In this document: positions 52,913 through 64,000 of the stretch, in pieces | Position numbering within the stretch: the first letter of the stretch is position 1 | Layout: each line of letters begins with the position of its first letter | Source of the DNA: Dudresnaya verticillata | Lineage: Eukaryota | Reading direction: 5' to 3' | Assembly: GCA_977862235.1 (NCBI GenBank) | Contig: OZ374565.1 | Location: 1,178,001 to 1,242,000, forward strand | DNA length: 64,000 bases | Notes under the pieces: model-generated | The model's input: only the letters and a program-made list of their open reading frames with translations | What the model was told of the DNA's origin: nothing | Database searches by the model: none | Program-made: the position numbers and the translations under genes

Positions 52913-55900
52913 TAAGGGTACCAACTCCTGACACTGGGGTGTCGCACCAAGCAGAGAGGCTTCCGCCTCGGGTGCTGACACGGAAGGAGGGCCCGAACTT
53001 AGTTAACAAACACGCCGATGGGCGGGTAGACTCGTCACAGACGTCCTTGACGCGCCCCTGGCGTAGGTACCAGCCCCCACGAGCCCGTGGACAGTTGTTC
53101 GTAATGTCCAATAGGAACTACAAAGTATACGCCGATCTAGGCATAACTGTAGGTACCTTGGCACGTAAACTCACTGTCCTCGACACGGGGGCTGGTCCGA
53201 ATTTCATCCGTATTGACGATATTCCGCTAAAAGCGCGGTCACGGATCGTATCCAAGAGTCTCCCCGTCATATCAGACGCTAACAACAAGGCCATTCAGAC
53301 CCGGGGCACTATCGACTTAGTCGTACGTCTCGTACGAAGGGTCGTCATGTTGGAGTTGATCGTCTGTGAACGGCTCGCTGCGCCGGTAATACTCGGTTGC
53401 GACTTTTGCGACCGCTTTGTCGAAGCGATTTATCCGCGGAGTCGCGAGATTGAGCTGGACGACGGGACCCGTGTCCCTATTACGCGCCGCCCGCTGCGCC
53501 GGCCGCCGTCGTACCCCCCGTTGCCAACGGAACAAGAGTACGGCACGGCCGGAGGACGAACGTCGCCCAAGATACGCGTTGCGGAACGAACAATCATCCC
53601 GCCACAGGCACAAAAGTGGATCTCGGTAACGACCGAGCGAGCAGGGGGTCATTACAATCCAGCCGTTTGGAACGTTATATGATCAGCAAGCTTTGGCCGT
53701 TACTAACGGGGTCGCTCAAGTAGAGCCGCTGAGAGTGTTCCGGATTCTCGTCGCAAACTTCTCCCCGCGTCCGCAAGCGCTCGTCAAAGGACAAGTCGTC
53801 GCTACCGCGTTGCCACATCCCACAGCAGTGTTCCCCAGTCACATAAGTCTGGCCGATGTCCTAGGTATCACCGAGGAGCAGGCAGCGGAGGAAGAGGCGA
53901 ATCAAGATTTCCGTTTTCAAACGAATGATGGAGTAACGGCACAACCGGATACATTCGCTAAGTCGATCGAAGCAACTGTAGCGAAACCTCCGTCAGTGGA
54001 CGAGTTGGACCTGAGTCATCTCTCAGCCGAACATCAAGGACGGCTGAAGGAGATGCTGCGCAGGTACTCGTCGATGTGGGACGGTTCATTAGGAGAAATC
54101 GCAACCACGGAGCACTATATTGACTTGCTCCCCGGCTCCAGGCCGATTTCATCCCCGCCTTACCGCGCTGGCCCAAAGCAAAGGCAACTCGCTCAAGCGG
54201 AGGTGGATCGCATGTTGCGTCAGGGGGTTATCGAACCCGCACAATCGCCATGGGCGTCGTTGGTCGTCTTTACTCCCAAGAAGGACGGTACACTCCCCTT
54301 CTGCGTTGACTACCGTCGCTTGAACGCAGTAACGGTACGAGATACGTACCCTCCCCCGCTAATCGACGAATGTATTGACAGTCTAGGGGAAGCGAACGTC
54401 TTCACCACCCTAGACTGCAATAGTGGTTACTGGCAGTGCCCATCAACCCGCGAGATCGCGACAAGACGGCGTTCACGTGCCATGCCGGATTGTTCCGCTA
54501 CAAGCGTATGCCCTTCGGACTTACTAACGCACCGGCCACGTTTCAACGGACCCTCGATATCCTGCTTGCTGGTTACAAGTGGCGCTCCTGCCTCGTCTAC
54601 CTTGACGACGTGATCATCTTCTCGAACGATATCGACAGTCACTTCCGTCATGTTGACAAGATCCTTTCGACCTTGCATCGGGCCGGGGTGACATTGAAGT
54701 TAACCAAGTGCGACTTCTTCACCCCGACCGTCAATTATCTCGGCCATGTGATACGTCCGGGACGATTGGAAGTAGACCGTACGGTCACAGCCGCGTTACG
54801 CGAGGCCAAGCATCCGCGGGACCAGAAGGAATTACGGAGCTTTCTCGGATTATGCAACGTCTATAGACGGTTCGTATCGCGATACGCGCATGTCTCCGCT
54901 CCCCTCAACAAATTGTTAAGGAAAGAGCAAGACTTCCGGTTACAACCGTTCACCGAGGAGCAAGCTCGGGCATTCAGTACGCTTGTCGAAGCGGTGACTC
55001 ACCCGCCCATCCTGGCGTTGCCACAACAAGGACTACCGTACTCTGTCGATTGTGACGCGAGCGAATACCAAGTTGGCTGCGCACTCTTTCAAATGCAGCC
55101 TGACGGCGAACGGAAGCCGCTTGGCTTCTGGTCACGCTCGTTAACTGCTCCGGAGCGCAACTACTCGGTATCCGAAAAGGAATGCCTAGCGGTAGTCTGG
55201 TCGATCACGACGTTGAGACCGTACCTTCAGATGGAGTCCTTCGTAGTCCATACGGACCATTCGTCGTTGAGGTGGCTCATGGAAATCAGCGACCCCTCGG
55301 GACGGTTAATGAGATGGCGCCTTCGCCTCTCTGAGTTTGACTTCGTCGTGAAGTATAAAAGGGGTACCTGAATACTCAGGCAGATGCCCTCTCACGTCTA
55401 CAGACGAACGGCGAAACTGTCGAGCCAATCGACGATGATATCCCGTGTTACCACGGGAGCTGCGTCAAAGACGAGGGCCACTCGTCAGAGGACGGCTACG
55501 CTCACGCAGAAAGCGATACGTCAAACGCCAAGAGCGAAGTCGATTTCTCCGAACGAGACTTCGAGGAGTTTGACTAGATGTTGGTTACCAGCGCGCCACC
55601 GGCGGATGAAGTGCTCCTCCGTCAATTGACGCATGAAGAGTTGGTGCATGCTCAGGGCAGTGACCAGTACTGTTCCGAGACCCGGAAACGTCTAGACGAC
55701 GGAGACAACCTACCGTTTGCAACGGACGGACAGGTACTGTTGGTTCGGACCGTCGAGGCCCGACCCCAAGTCGTTGTACCATCCGCGTTACGCGTTCGAT
55801 TGCTCCACCTCCGGCATCATGCTAAATTAGCAGGACATCCCGGAGGGCAGAAGCTGTACCATACGCTTCGACGCGAGTATTATTGGCCGTCTATGCCGGT

Positions 55901-57649
55901 GGACTGTTACGCGACCGTCCGCAACTGCGTTACTTGCGCGAAGAACCGGGTACTGATGCGAAAGAACGTGAAGGAGATGAAACTGTTCCCAGCAACCGAG
56001 CCTCTCGAGTTTGTGTCCATCGATATACTCGGGGAGCTCATACGCACTAAGCGGGGGAATAAGTTCCTACTCGTCATCGTGGACCGCTTCTCAAAGCTGG
56101 TCCGGACGGTTCCCTTACGTACGATTACGGCATTGGAAATCGCTAAGGCGTTTGTTCAACACTGGGTGTTTGTGTATGGCCCACCCAAGAAGCTGCTGTC
56201 CGACAACAGGCCGCAGTTTGTAGCCAAGTTGTTCCAGGACGTCTGCCGCATCTTAGGGATGGAGAATCTCTTCACCACTACATACCATCCGCAGTGTAAC
56301 GGCCAAGTGGAACGATTCAATCGACCATCCTCGCCTCCCTGCGTCACTACGTAGCAGACCACCCCAGGGACTGGGATTTGTTCACCGATGCCCTGAAGTT
56401 CGCGTACAATATGCAACTGCACTCGTCTACCCACCTCGTTCCATTGGAGCTGGTGCTATCTAAGCCCCCGCGGCCATTGTCGATGGAAGCGGAGCCGTCG
56501 CTTGAAAGCGTGCCCACTGCCGGACAGTACTACACCAAATGGCGAACCTGGCTGTCCGCATTGATGGGAACCGCTAACGCGTCGCTCGCGAAAACGCAGG
56601 CGCGTTACAAACGGAACTTCGATACTCGTCTGAGGAAGTCGAAGGAGAATATCGCTGTGGGAGACTTCGCATTCGTGCGGAAGGAATACTTCGCCCGCGG
56701 CGGGAGCACCGATCGCTCAGAGCGCAAGCACAAGCTCGCACCTGTAGCGGATGGACCGTATCGAGTAACAAACGTCGACGACGGGACAGTGACCGTCGAC
56801 AAGGGACGTGGCGAACGCGAACGCTTATCCCGAGACCGCGTGGTATGGGCGACAACCCCACCAGGGCACACCGCCCCCGCAACCGTGCAACCACCGGGAC
56901 CATCTGACGTACCGGGACCCACGGCCCCCACGTCAACCGACGAAGGAGCAGGAACCCCAGACACGCCACAGGCGGACCCGGCAGGAAGCACAGGGACACC
57001 GCGCAGCACGAACGACTCGCAGGAGCGAATGAATGCAACGCCACGAAGCCGCGGGTTAGCAGAGCTCTCGCCCTTTCCCACCAACCCCGACGACGGTGTC
57101 TCGCAATCCGTCTCAGACGAGGAGGAGGGTCCCGGCATCCGTACGCGAATGGGACACGCAACCTCGGCTTCGCCGGCTACCAAGGTAGGTCCCGCTTCGA
57201 GCGCATCGACTGACGATGAGGAAGACCGAACTAACGCGAAAGACGCCGCTAGAAGCGAGGAACCAGTACGCAAAAGCGACGAACCACAAACCGCTACGCA
57301 AGCGCTCGGGGCACCGACCCAGCGCCTCAGGCGATCGACTCGTCGAGTACGATTTGCCGAACCGGTGCAGACGCCCATCACGCAACGAAGTGAGCCGCCC
57401 AAGGCGTTAGAACGGCAGGAGCCCACGTCGACCGCTGGAAGCGAGAAGGAGTACGTTATCGAACGGGTTGAGTCGCACGCACACGCGGAAGACGGTGAGA
57501 TCCTCTACCGCGTCAAGTGGTTTGGATACCCCGCTTCAGCGAATACCTGGGAACCCGTGTCCAGTCTACCGCGATCGCACGTCGTGCGGTATCACCTTCA
57601 GAAGCACACGCGTCTGCCTCCAAACATCGACGACGCGCAACGCGGATAA
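52903..57649 (+). pseudogene. pol: Gypsy pol (protease, RT, RNase H, integrase, chromodomain) with four single-base frameshifts
   Basis: LDTGAG; FCVDYRRLN, MPFGLTNAPATFQR, YLDDVI; DASEY, EKECLA, TDHSSL; GHPG..CVTC, SIDIL, SDN, NGQVERFNR; EYVIERV..YRVKWFGY..NTWEP. Breaks near 53645, 54436, 55360 and 56324. Confidence 0.95.
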
Positions 57650-58857
57650 CCCTAGTCAGGGTGGGCGCTGGAAGCGGAACACACGCCACATCCTCATACG
57701 GATTGACGCGGACGTGCACTCGTTACGGACGACTAGGGCTGTAATCAATCGGATCAAGGACGATGGGGTTGGCGACATGCGAGTAGGCAACCCTCTTCGG
57801 AGGGGGTCCGTAAGGACAGAACGGCTGACAGTAGTCAGAGGGCGTGGAGGGCGCACGCACCACACGAAATCGGGCAACAACGAGATGGAAATTTTTAATG
57901 CGCAAATAGTAACGCGGGCACCAGCCAGGCGGCGGCGCCCAACAAACGAGAGCCTGACAAGTGTGTACCCCAGCACTACGAGCGCCCACGAGACAACCAA
58001 GCACGGACGCGACAAACCGTCTCCGACGTCCTCACCCAAGCGCGCCACCCACGGCCAAGTCCGAAACTCGTCACCGTTACGGGCGGCGTACGCAACCGCC
58101 TCGAGGGTGACGCACGCGAGCGTCAACGACGTGTCTCAAGTCGAAGAAGGGGTCGCCCGCAAACACGAGAGAAGAAACAGTCGTCGAAGACGGAGTTGGG
58201 CTACGTTTCGTGCACGACGCGCTAGTCGCAAAAATGACTCCGCCGCTGGGCGCGGCAGCCACGCCCAGGAGTCGCAAGAAACGCGTCCAACGCGCGGCGC
58301 ATCGCCAAGCTAACCGTCCCCGACACTAACCCAACATGCCCTACGTCAAAGACGACAAGCCTACCGACAAGCGGCTCCCCAACTACATATTCGCTCAACA
58401 AGCGGAATCACAATTTGAACAAAACGACTAAGTCGGCATGAGAAAATAGACCCTCCCAAAAGGGCTTACGCTACTGTAGCGGCATCAAGAAAGGAGAAAA
58501 AATGCCACCAAGGCGGCACCGCCCCAAGCTTTTACGCAAACGCTACTACAGCGGACAGACAACAACAACGTCTATACGAACGGGACCCGTCGGCTATCTA
58601 CTATTCGCTATCGCAGCGCTCTACATCAAGCGAACACATAAGCAACTACGTTTGACAACAAGTTTATTCGGGCTTCACAAGCGAGGGTAACCCCCGTGCC
58701 CGCATGACCTTCCACTACGACCTACGTCGTGAGACGCGGCACTAACCGAACCGTCTATGACGTATGAATCCCTCGCTCGCCGCCCCACCGCGGGGCAGGC
58801 AAAGCGACACCACACGCGCTCTCGCGTTCGCTAACCGTTCTTAACGATCCAACAACG

Positions 58858-61164
58858 CTACGGCTTTTTCGTCGCAGACGGCCCAAGTGGGGCATCATCC
58901 CCGACGCCATTGGCGGATTCTCTTAACGCCTCTTCGTAGAGGTCGTCTTCCGTCACCGACGGTGCGCTCGCAGCAGGGGCAGGAACGGACCGCCAGGGAC
59001 CCGCCACAACCACTGCTGTCGAAGTCGCGACATCCGCCGCTGGCGACGCACCTGTCTCACAATCCGCCTTAGGCGACGACTGCTCGTCAACCGCCATAGG
59101 CGCAACGTTAGAGTCGTTATCCGCCTTAGGCGCTACACCAGGAATCTCACTCGCCTTTGGCGGTGGAGCATCCTCAACCGCCTTGGGCGAAGTCGACGGC
59201 CCCGGCGCCTCCGATGACGGGACCGCATTAACCGCCAAAGGCGTTGAACGATCAACATCCGTCACCGACGAAGAGGCCACAGGAGCCTGCGGAGCCGCCG
59301 TAGGCGCTGTCACCGCACTCGCCTTTGGCGGACTTTTGCTAACAACGTCAGTAGACGCAATGGCGGACGAACCCGCACAACCCGCCTTAGGCGACAAAGG
59401 CTTTTTCGCCACTCCGTCATTAGACGCCGCACCTTCGTCTTTAGACGGCACAGTCGCAACGAAGGTCGACGCCGGAACCGCAGCAACGCTGGGCTGCAGA
59501 GCAGCCAGCAGCGATTGCCCGAGGGGCGTCGTGGATGAACCGCCCGACCCGTCAGTGACGACACCGGTGGCTCGCAAGAATGCGAGCACCGTGCGGCGCT
59601 GCTCCTCAGTCCATTCGGGCACTGCAGAAGGGCGATGCGCACCGTCCGCGACGTTAGACACTCCGCCTTGAGGTGTAACTACAGGCGCAGAACTCTCCAT
59701 GGGCGCAGCCATGATGGCATCAACATCACCGTCATTGACGGGCGCCGAGAGATCCAATGGCGCAACCGACGGCAAGCCAACAGGCACAACAGCCGACGGT
59801 CCTACCGCCGCTGGCGAAATCGTCGCGGGGGCTGTCGCGCCCGCAGAAAGCTCAACCGCCATAGGCGTTACGATGTCCGTCCCAGACGGGTTAACCGGTC
59901 CGCTGTTAGCGTGGAACGCATCCTCCTCCGCCATCAAGGCGCTCAAGTGGGGTGGGAAATCCCCCGCAAAGTCGCAATTCTTGCGCAACCCACGTGGGTG
60001 ATTCGCTGGCGTGAAGCGGTCCGTACGACGATGGCTCTCAGCGATGTTCTCCGTCGTAAGACGTTTGGTCCACGGGTTGTACCATACCCAATCGCCACAG
60101 GCGGAATGATTTCTACTCATCGCGTAACGCCGACGGTTTGCCTTACGGCGCCTGTTTCCCGGCGGCACAGCAGCCGGGTCGTCCCAGTTGACGTTATCCG
60201 CCACATGGCGTAGATCCCAGAACTCTTGGCAGTTCCTGGCACCGCCCAGCACTTCGATCAAGTCAAGCCCGCGAAGGAGGCTGACTACGCGTGCCGGCAT
60301 ATAGTAGAGCCGGAAGGTGTCATACACCTCCCACATCCATGCGTAAGTTACGTTGACGACCCACTCGGTGAAAAATACGATCCAACATCGGGAGTACGGA
60401 TCCGTCCGCAACTCGGAGCCAATATAAGTGACACACGGAGGCAATTCAGCCGCAAAACCCTCGCAGACCTCAAAGTCCCGCCACATCGGCGGGACGCGAA
60501 TGAAGCAATGCGGCAACTTTTCCCGCTCAATGCGATCGACTTGCGTATCTTGATACGGTACAAAAACGCCTTTGCGGCGGCGCGTTTCGCACTCCCAACG
60601 GACGCAGCGCTCCCAATAGAAGGTGCCCGTCCTATGCAAGTATCGGAAATCCGCTTTCAAGCGTACACCAAGGAGGTTAGCCTCCTGAAGCACCCGCGGC
60701 TCAGCCGAAACAGCCACATGGCTTAACGACAACGTCCCAAGACGGTCCCCATAACCAACCTCGCCATTTGTGCGGTACTACCCTGCGTCAAATTCAAAGA
60801 CGGTGGGCGTCAATACCGACCCCGGATAGCGGGTAAACCGCCGATACACGTCAGCGACGAAACGCGCATGTGCATCTGCACGCGTCTGGCCGGCGGCATT
60901 ACGCAGCCAACCCCTCGGAATGGCGCACCGATGGCGCCACTCGTTCGTCCACACGACGGCCAGGGGCAACTCCCCTGGCAAAAATCCGCTCACAGCGTAA
61001 TGGGTAATCAGATCCTAGTGTCGCAGGGCCTCCTGGTCGAACCAAGGGGCCTGCTTGAATAATCGCGCATCGTTGCGGGGCGTCCTCCCGACAAAGTCGA
61101 GGGGGGACGGATACACCGGCGTCGCCGAAGGCGCAGCCACTCGCAGCCCATTGAACTGCGCCAT
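58858..61164 (-). CDS. Antisense extra ORF of the Gypsy element, unknown function (about 768 codons, two internal TAG)
   Basis: The 624-codon open frame 58858-60732 extends in the same frame to an ATG at 61164 across TAGs at 61015-61017 and 60778-60780. Trp/Tyr/Cys-rich N-half and A/S/P/T-rich C-half. Confidence 0.75.
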
Positions 61165-61616
61165 TACGTCTGAGACGTTGAGTAATCACACGCCACTGGC
61201 GAACTTCACACGATACGTCAACGATGGTCTCGGACTCCGAAGCCGAGTCAACTACGCCAAAGGCGGAAGCAAACAAGGCACACGTCAACGACGCTGGACT
61301 GAACAACGCCGAAGGCGAACCTCAAAGAAACGCCCTAGGCGATAAGCGCACGCACGCGTGCACAAGATACGACGTCAATGACGGGGTTTCACGCACGCTA
61401 CTGGCGAAGTGAATCAACAACACGTCTTCGACGGGAGTTGTTGCTGCGCCAACGGCGGGTGGACAACTGAACGTGCATCTTTGACGGGGCTCAACCAACG
61501 CCAAGGGCGGGCCAACACAGACGCGAAGACGCGGGTGACCGACACGGTCGGCACTGGAAGAGACGCAGACGCGGGAAGGCAGGCAGGCTGAAGCAGGTTG
61601 ACGTGTTCTCGTTTTC

Positions 61617-61627
61617 GGAGGGGGTCG
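61617..61627 (+). other. Polypurine tract
   Basis: GGAGGGGG(TCG) directly before the 3' LTR. Confidence 0.75.
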
Positions 61628-62540
61628 TGTAGTGCCAGGGGGGGTCCCACATTTTCGCTTTCAAGCGGGTTGATATGCAGCGTCTACCGACGGACGACCG
61701 CCAACGGCGCGCTCAACCCGCCCGCGGCGCAAACACATCACCGATGCATTCCGCTGGCCACTCGGGCCAGAACGGCTCGCTTGGCGTGCATACCGCACGC
61801 CTGGACCCGGGGCACTGTACGGCGCCACGCGTGCGCGCGTGGCGCAGTGGCAGGAACGATCGCTGTAAGCGTGGCCCGAATCCGGATCCAATCGGGATCC
61901 CACATCGGGATCAGACATCGGGATTAGGTAGTGTAAGGCCCGCGCCTGTAAGTTTGGCGCACCCGCATGGCTGGCCCGAATCCGGACTGGATCGGGATTG
62001 GCGCGAATCAAGATCGCACGCGCCATGAGGCGCATGCGGCTGTAAGGAAATAGTCCACGTGTAGGTGTAAGGACTCGAACGGGGAAGCTACGCGTGATCT
62101 GTCAGGAGCGCGGCTGCATGACGGACGGATCTGTCAGACGCGCCTCGGGGCAACACGTGTCCCGAGTTCCCGCGTGACGCGTACACACGCGTCGCCGCCG
62201 CTAGGTAATTCTATACTTAGTTGATCCGTCTCAGACGTCACAGTAAACCCCGGAAAGCCGGCCTTGGTCCAGACTTCCCCGTTTAGGACGCGTGCACCCT
62301 ACCGCTGCCTACGGCTAAGCGTCTACCTCCGTGCTTCCACGTCTCTACCCGTCCTTGACGTGTTCCCTTTCTGTTCTCTTTTGTTCTTCTTTTCCGCCTC
62401 GGGCGTTTACAGTCCGCCCAAGGCGAGTCAACCGCTCTACCACCAGTCGCCTACGGCGAGGCTACTCATCGCCGCAGGCGGCGCTACCCACCGAGCCCCG
62501 AACTGCTCGGCGGTGTTCCGTCACCGACGTTTGCACTACA
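61628..62540 (+). repeat. 3' LTR, 913 bp
   Basis: TGTAGTGC...GCACTACA followed by TSD CCGAT. Confidence 0.97.
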
Positions 62541-62873
62541 CCGATGGCGTTATGAATCATTCGAGTACGAACCGTCTCCCGCGTTGACTTGTATTCGTGC
62601 TCACGTAGTATTATTTAGCCAGTCGTCTGGCACAACCTCCGAGGGTTTCCGGTAAGCGACCAGCGCCCGGACCTCGGAGTCTTAGGTAAAGGCCTGTTTC
62701 TTCGAATTCAGTGTCTTTGTCTTCGTGACCGCGGATACGGTCGAGCCTCGCTTTCGATAGCCCCGCGCACCCGGAGTCATCCCCGGTGATCTATCGCTCG
62801 AGTCCTCCCTTCCGCACACGAATACGTTGACACCGAGGTCCTTCGCGTTGGTCGCTCCGCTCTACCACGCTAC

Positions 62874-63786
62874 TGTAGTGCCAGGGGGGTCCCCCATTTT
62901 CGCTTTCAAGCGGGTTGATAAGCAGCGTCTACGGACGGACGACCGCCAACGGCGCGCTCAACCCGCCCGCGGCGCAAACACGTCACCGACGCCTGCCGCT
63001 GGCCACTTGGGCCAGAACGGCTCGCTCGGCGTGCAGACCGCACGCCTGAACCCGGGACACTGTACGGCGCCACGCGTACGCGCATGGCGCAGTGGCGGGA
63101 ACGTTCGCTGTGAGCGTGGCCCGAATCCGGATCCAATCGGGATCCCACATCGGGATCAGACATCGGGATTAGGTAGTGTAAGGCACGCGCCTGTAAGCCT
63201 GGAGCATCCGCATCGCTGGCCCGAATCCGGACTGGATCGGGATTGGTGCGGATCGAGATCGCACGCGCCATGGGGCGCATGCGGCTGTAAGGAAGTAATC
63301 CACGTGTAGGTGTAAGGACTCGAGCGGGGAAGCTACGCGTGATCTCTCAGGAGCGCGGCTGCATGACGGACGGATCTGTCAGACGCGCCTCGGGACAACA
63401 CGTGTCCCGAGTTCCCGCGTGACGCGTACACACGCGTCGCCGCCGCTAGGTAATTCTATACTTAGTTGATCCGTCTCAGACGTCACAGTAAACCCCGGCA
63501 AGCCGGCCTTGGTCCAGACTTCCCCGTTCAGCACGCGCGTACCCTACCGTTGCCTACGGCTAAGCGTCTACCTCCCGTGCTTCCACGTCTCTACCCGTCT
63601 TTGACGTGTTCCCTTTTTGTTCTCTTTTGTTCTTCCTTTCCGCCTCGGGCGTTTACAGTCCGTCCAAGGCGAGTCAACTGCTCTACCGCAAGTCGCCCAA
63701 GGCGAGGTTACTCACCGCCACGGGCGTCGCTACCCACCGAGCGCCGAACTGCTCGGCGGTGTTCCGTCTAGGACGTTTGCACTACA
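62874..63786 (+). mobile_element. Solo LTR of the same Gypsy family, 913 bp
   Basis: Colinear with 61628-62540. It has its own TSD GCTAC (62869-62873, 63787-63791) and no PBS or PPT. Confidence 0.95.
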
Positions 63787-63849
63787 GCTACCACCCTTTT
63801 TCGTTTCTCCGTTAGGCGACGAGGCCATTCGTTAGGCTCCGAGGCCATT

Positions 63850-64000
63850 CCTTACAGTGCGAGACTTCCCCGCGTCACGTGGACTTCGTTATACCACATA
63901 CCTTCCATTACTATGGATCCCGATTCCGGATCCCGATGTCCGATCTGGATCCGATCCGGATCCGGGCCAAGCTTACAGGCATGTGCCTTACACCTTGTCG
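63850..64000 (-). repeat. Fragment of a related LTR in inverted orientation, running off the window
   Basis: The reverse complement GGTGTAAGGCACATGCCTGTAAGCTTGG..GGATCCGGATCGG..GACATCGGGAT resembles the LTR segment GTGTAAGGCACGCGCCTGTAAGCCTGG and its GGATC repeats. Confidence 0.6.

Larger units (their letters stand above)
48538..62540 (+). mobile_element. Full-length Ty3/Gypsy LTR retrotransposon with chromodomain integrase (chromovirus-like)
   Basis: Paired LTRs TGTAGTGC...GCACTACA. 5-bp TSD CCGAT (48533-48537, 62541-62545). PBS, PPT and gag-PR-RT-RH-IN-chromo order. Confidence 0.97.

Noticed and set aside
57656..58126. Second antisense ORF (156 aa) in the Gypsy 3' region
   Set aside because: Non-ATG start and no motif; cannot be supported without comparing family copies.
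58858..61164. Extra ORF as an env gene or as evidence of TAG recoding
   Set aside because: Antisense orientation with no signal peptide or clear TM anchor. TAG is used as a normal stop by host genes here (e.g. FBPase, importin beta), so point mutation is the simpler explanation.

Overview
Eukaryotic nuclear DNA, most likely a red alga (inference from intron-poor compact genes, short GT-AG introns with CTAAC branch points, a plastid-targeted FBPase, a complex I gamma-CA and a Hog/Hint-domain protein). 1-32.5 kb is gene-dense: TOM1-like VHS/GAT (5' truncated), Cof-type HAD, CRIB-PAK kinase, Sam50, TPS-like synthase, amino acid transporter, FBPase, gamma-CA, RPL36, importin beta, secreted Hint protein, YcnI-like protein, C2H2 factor and La-motif protein. 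32.5-41.5 kb has no convincing gene. 41.5-45.6 kb holds a tandem-HTH protein, an orphan and a 4-exon C2H2 gene. From about 47.1 kb there is a nested retroelement island: a Copia gag relic and a 14 kb chromodomain-bearing Ty3/Gypsy element (48538-62540, TSD CCGAT). That element has a predicted tRNA-Tyr PBS, a foreign solo LTR inside its 5' LTR and a large antisense extra ORF (about 768 codons) of unknown family. A solo LTR of the same family and a related inverted LTR fragment follow. All assignments are by-eye motif recognition; no searches were run.
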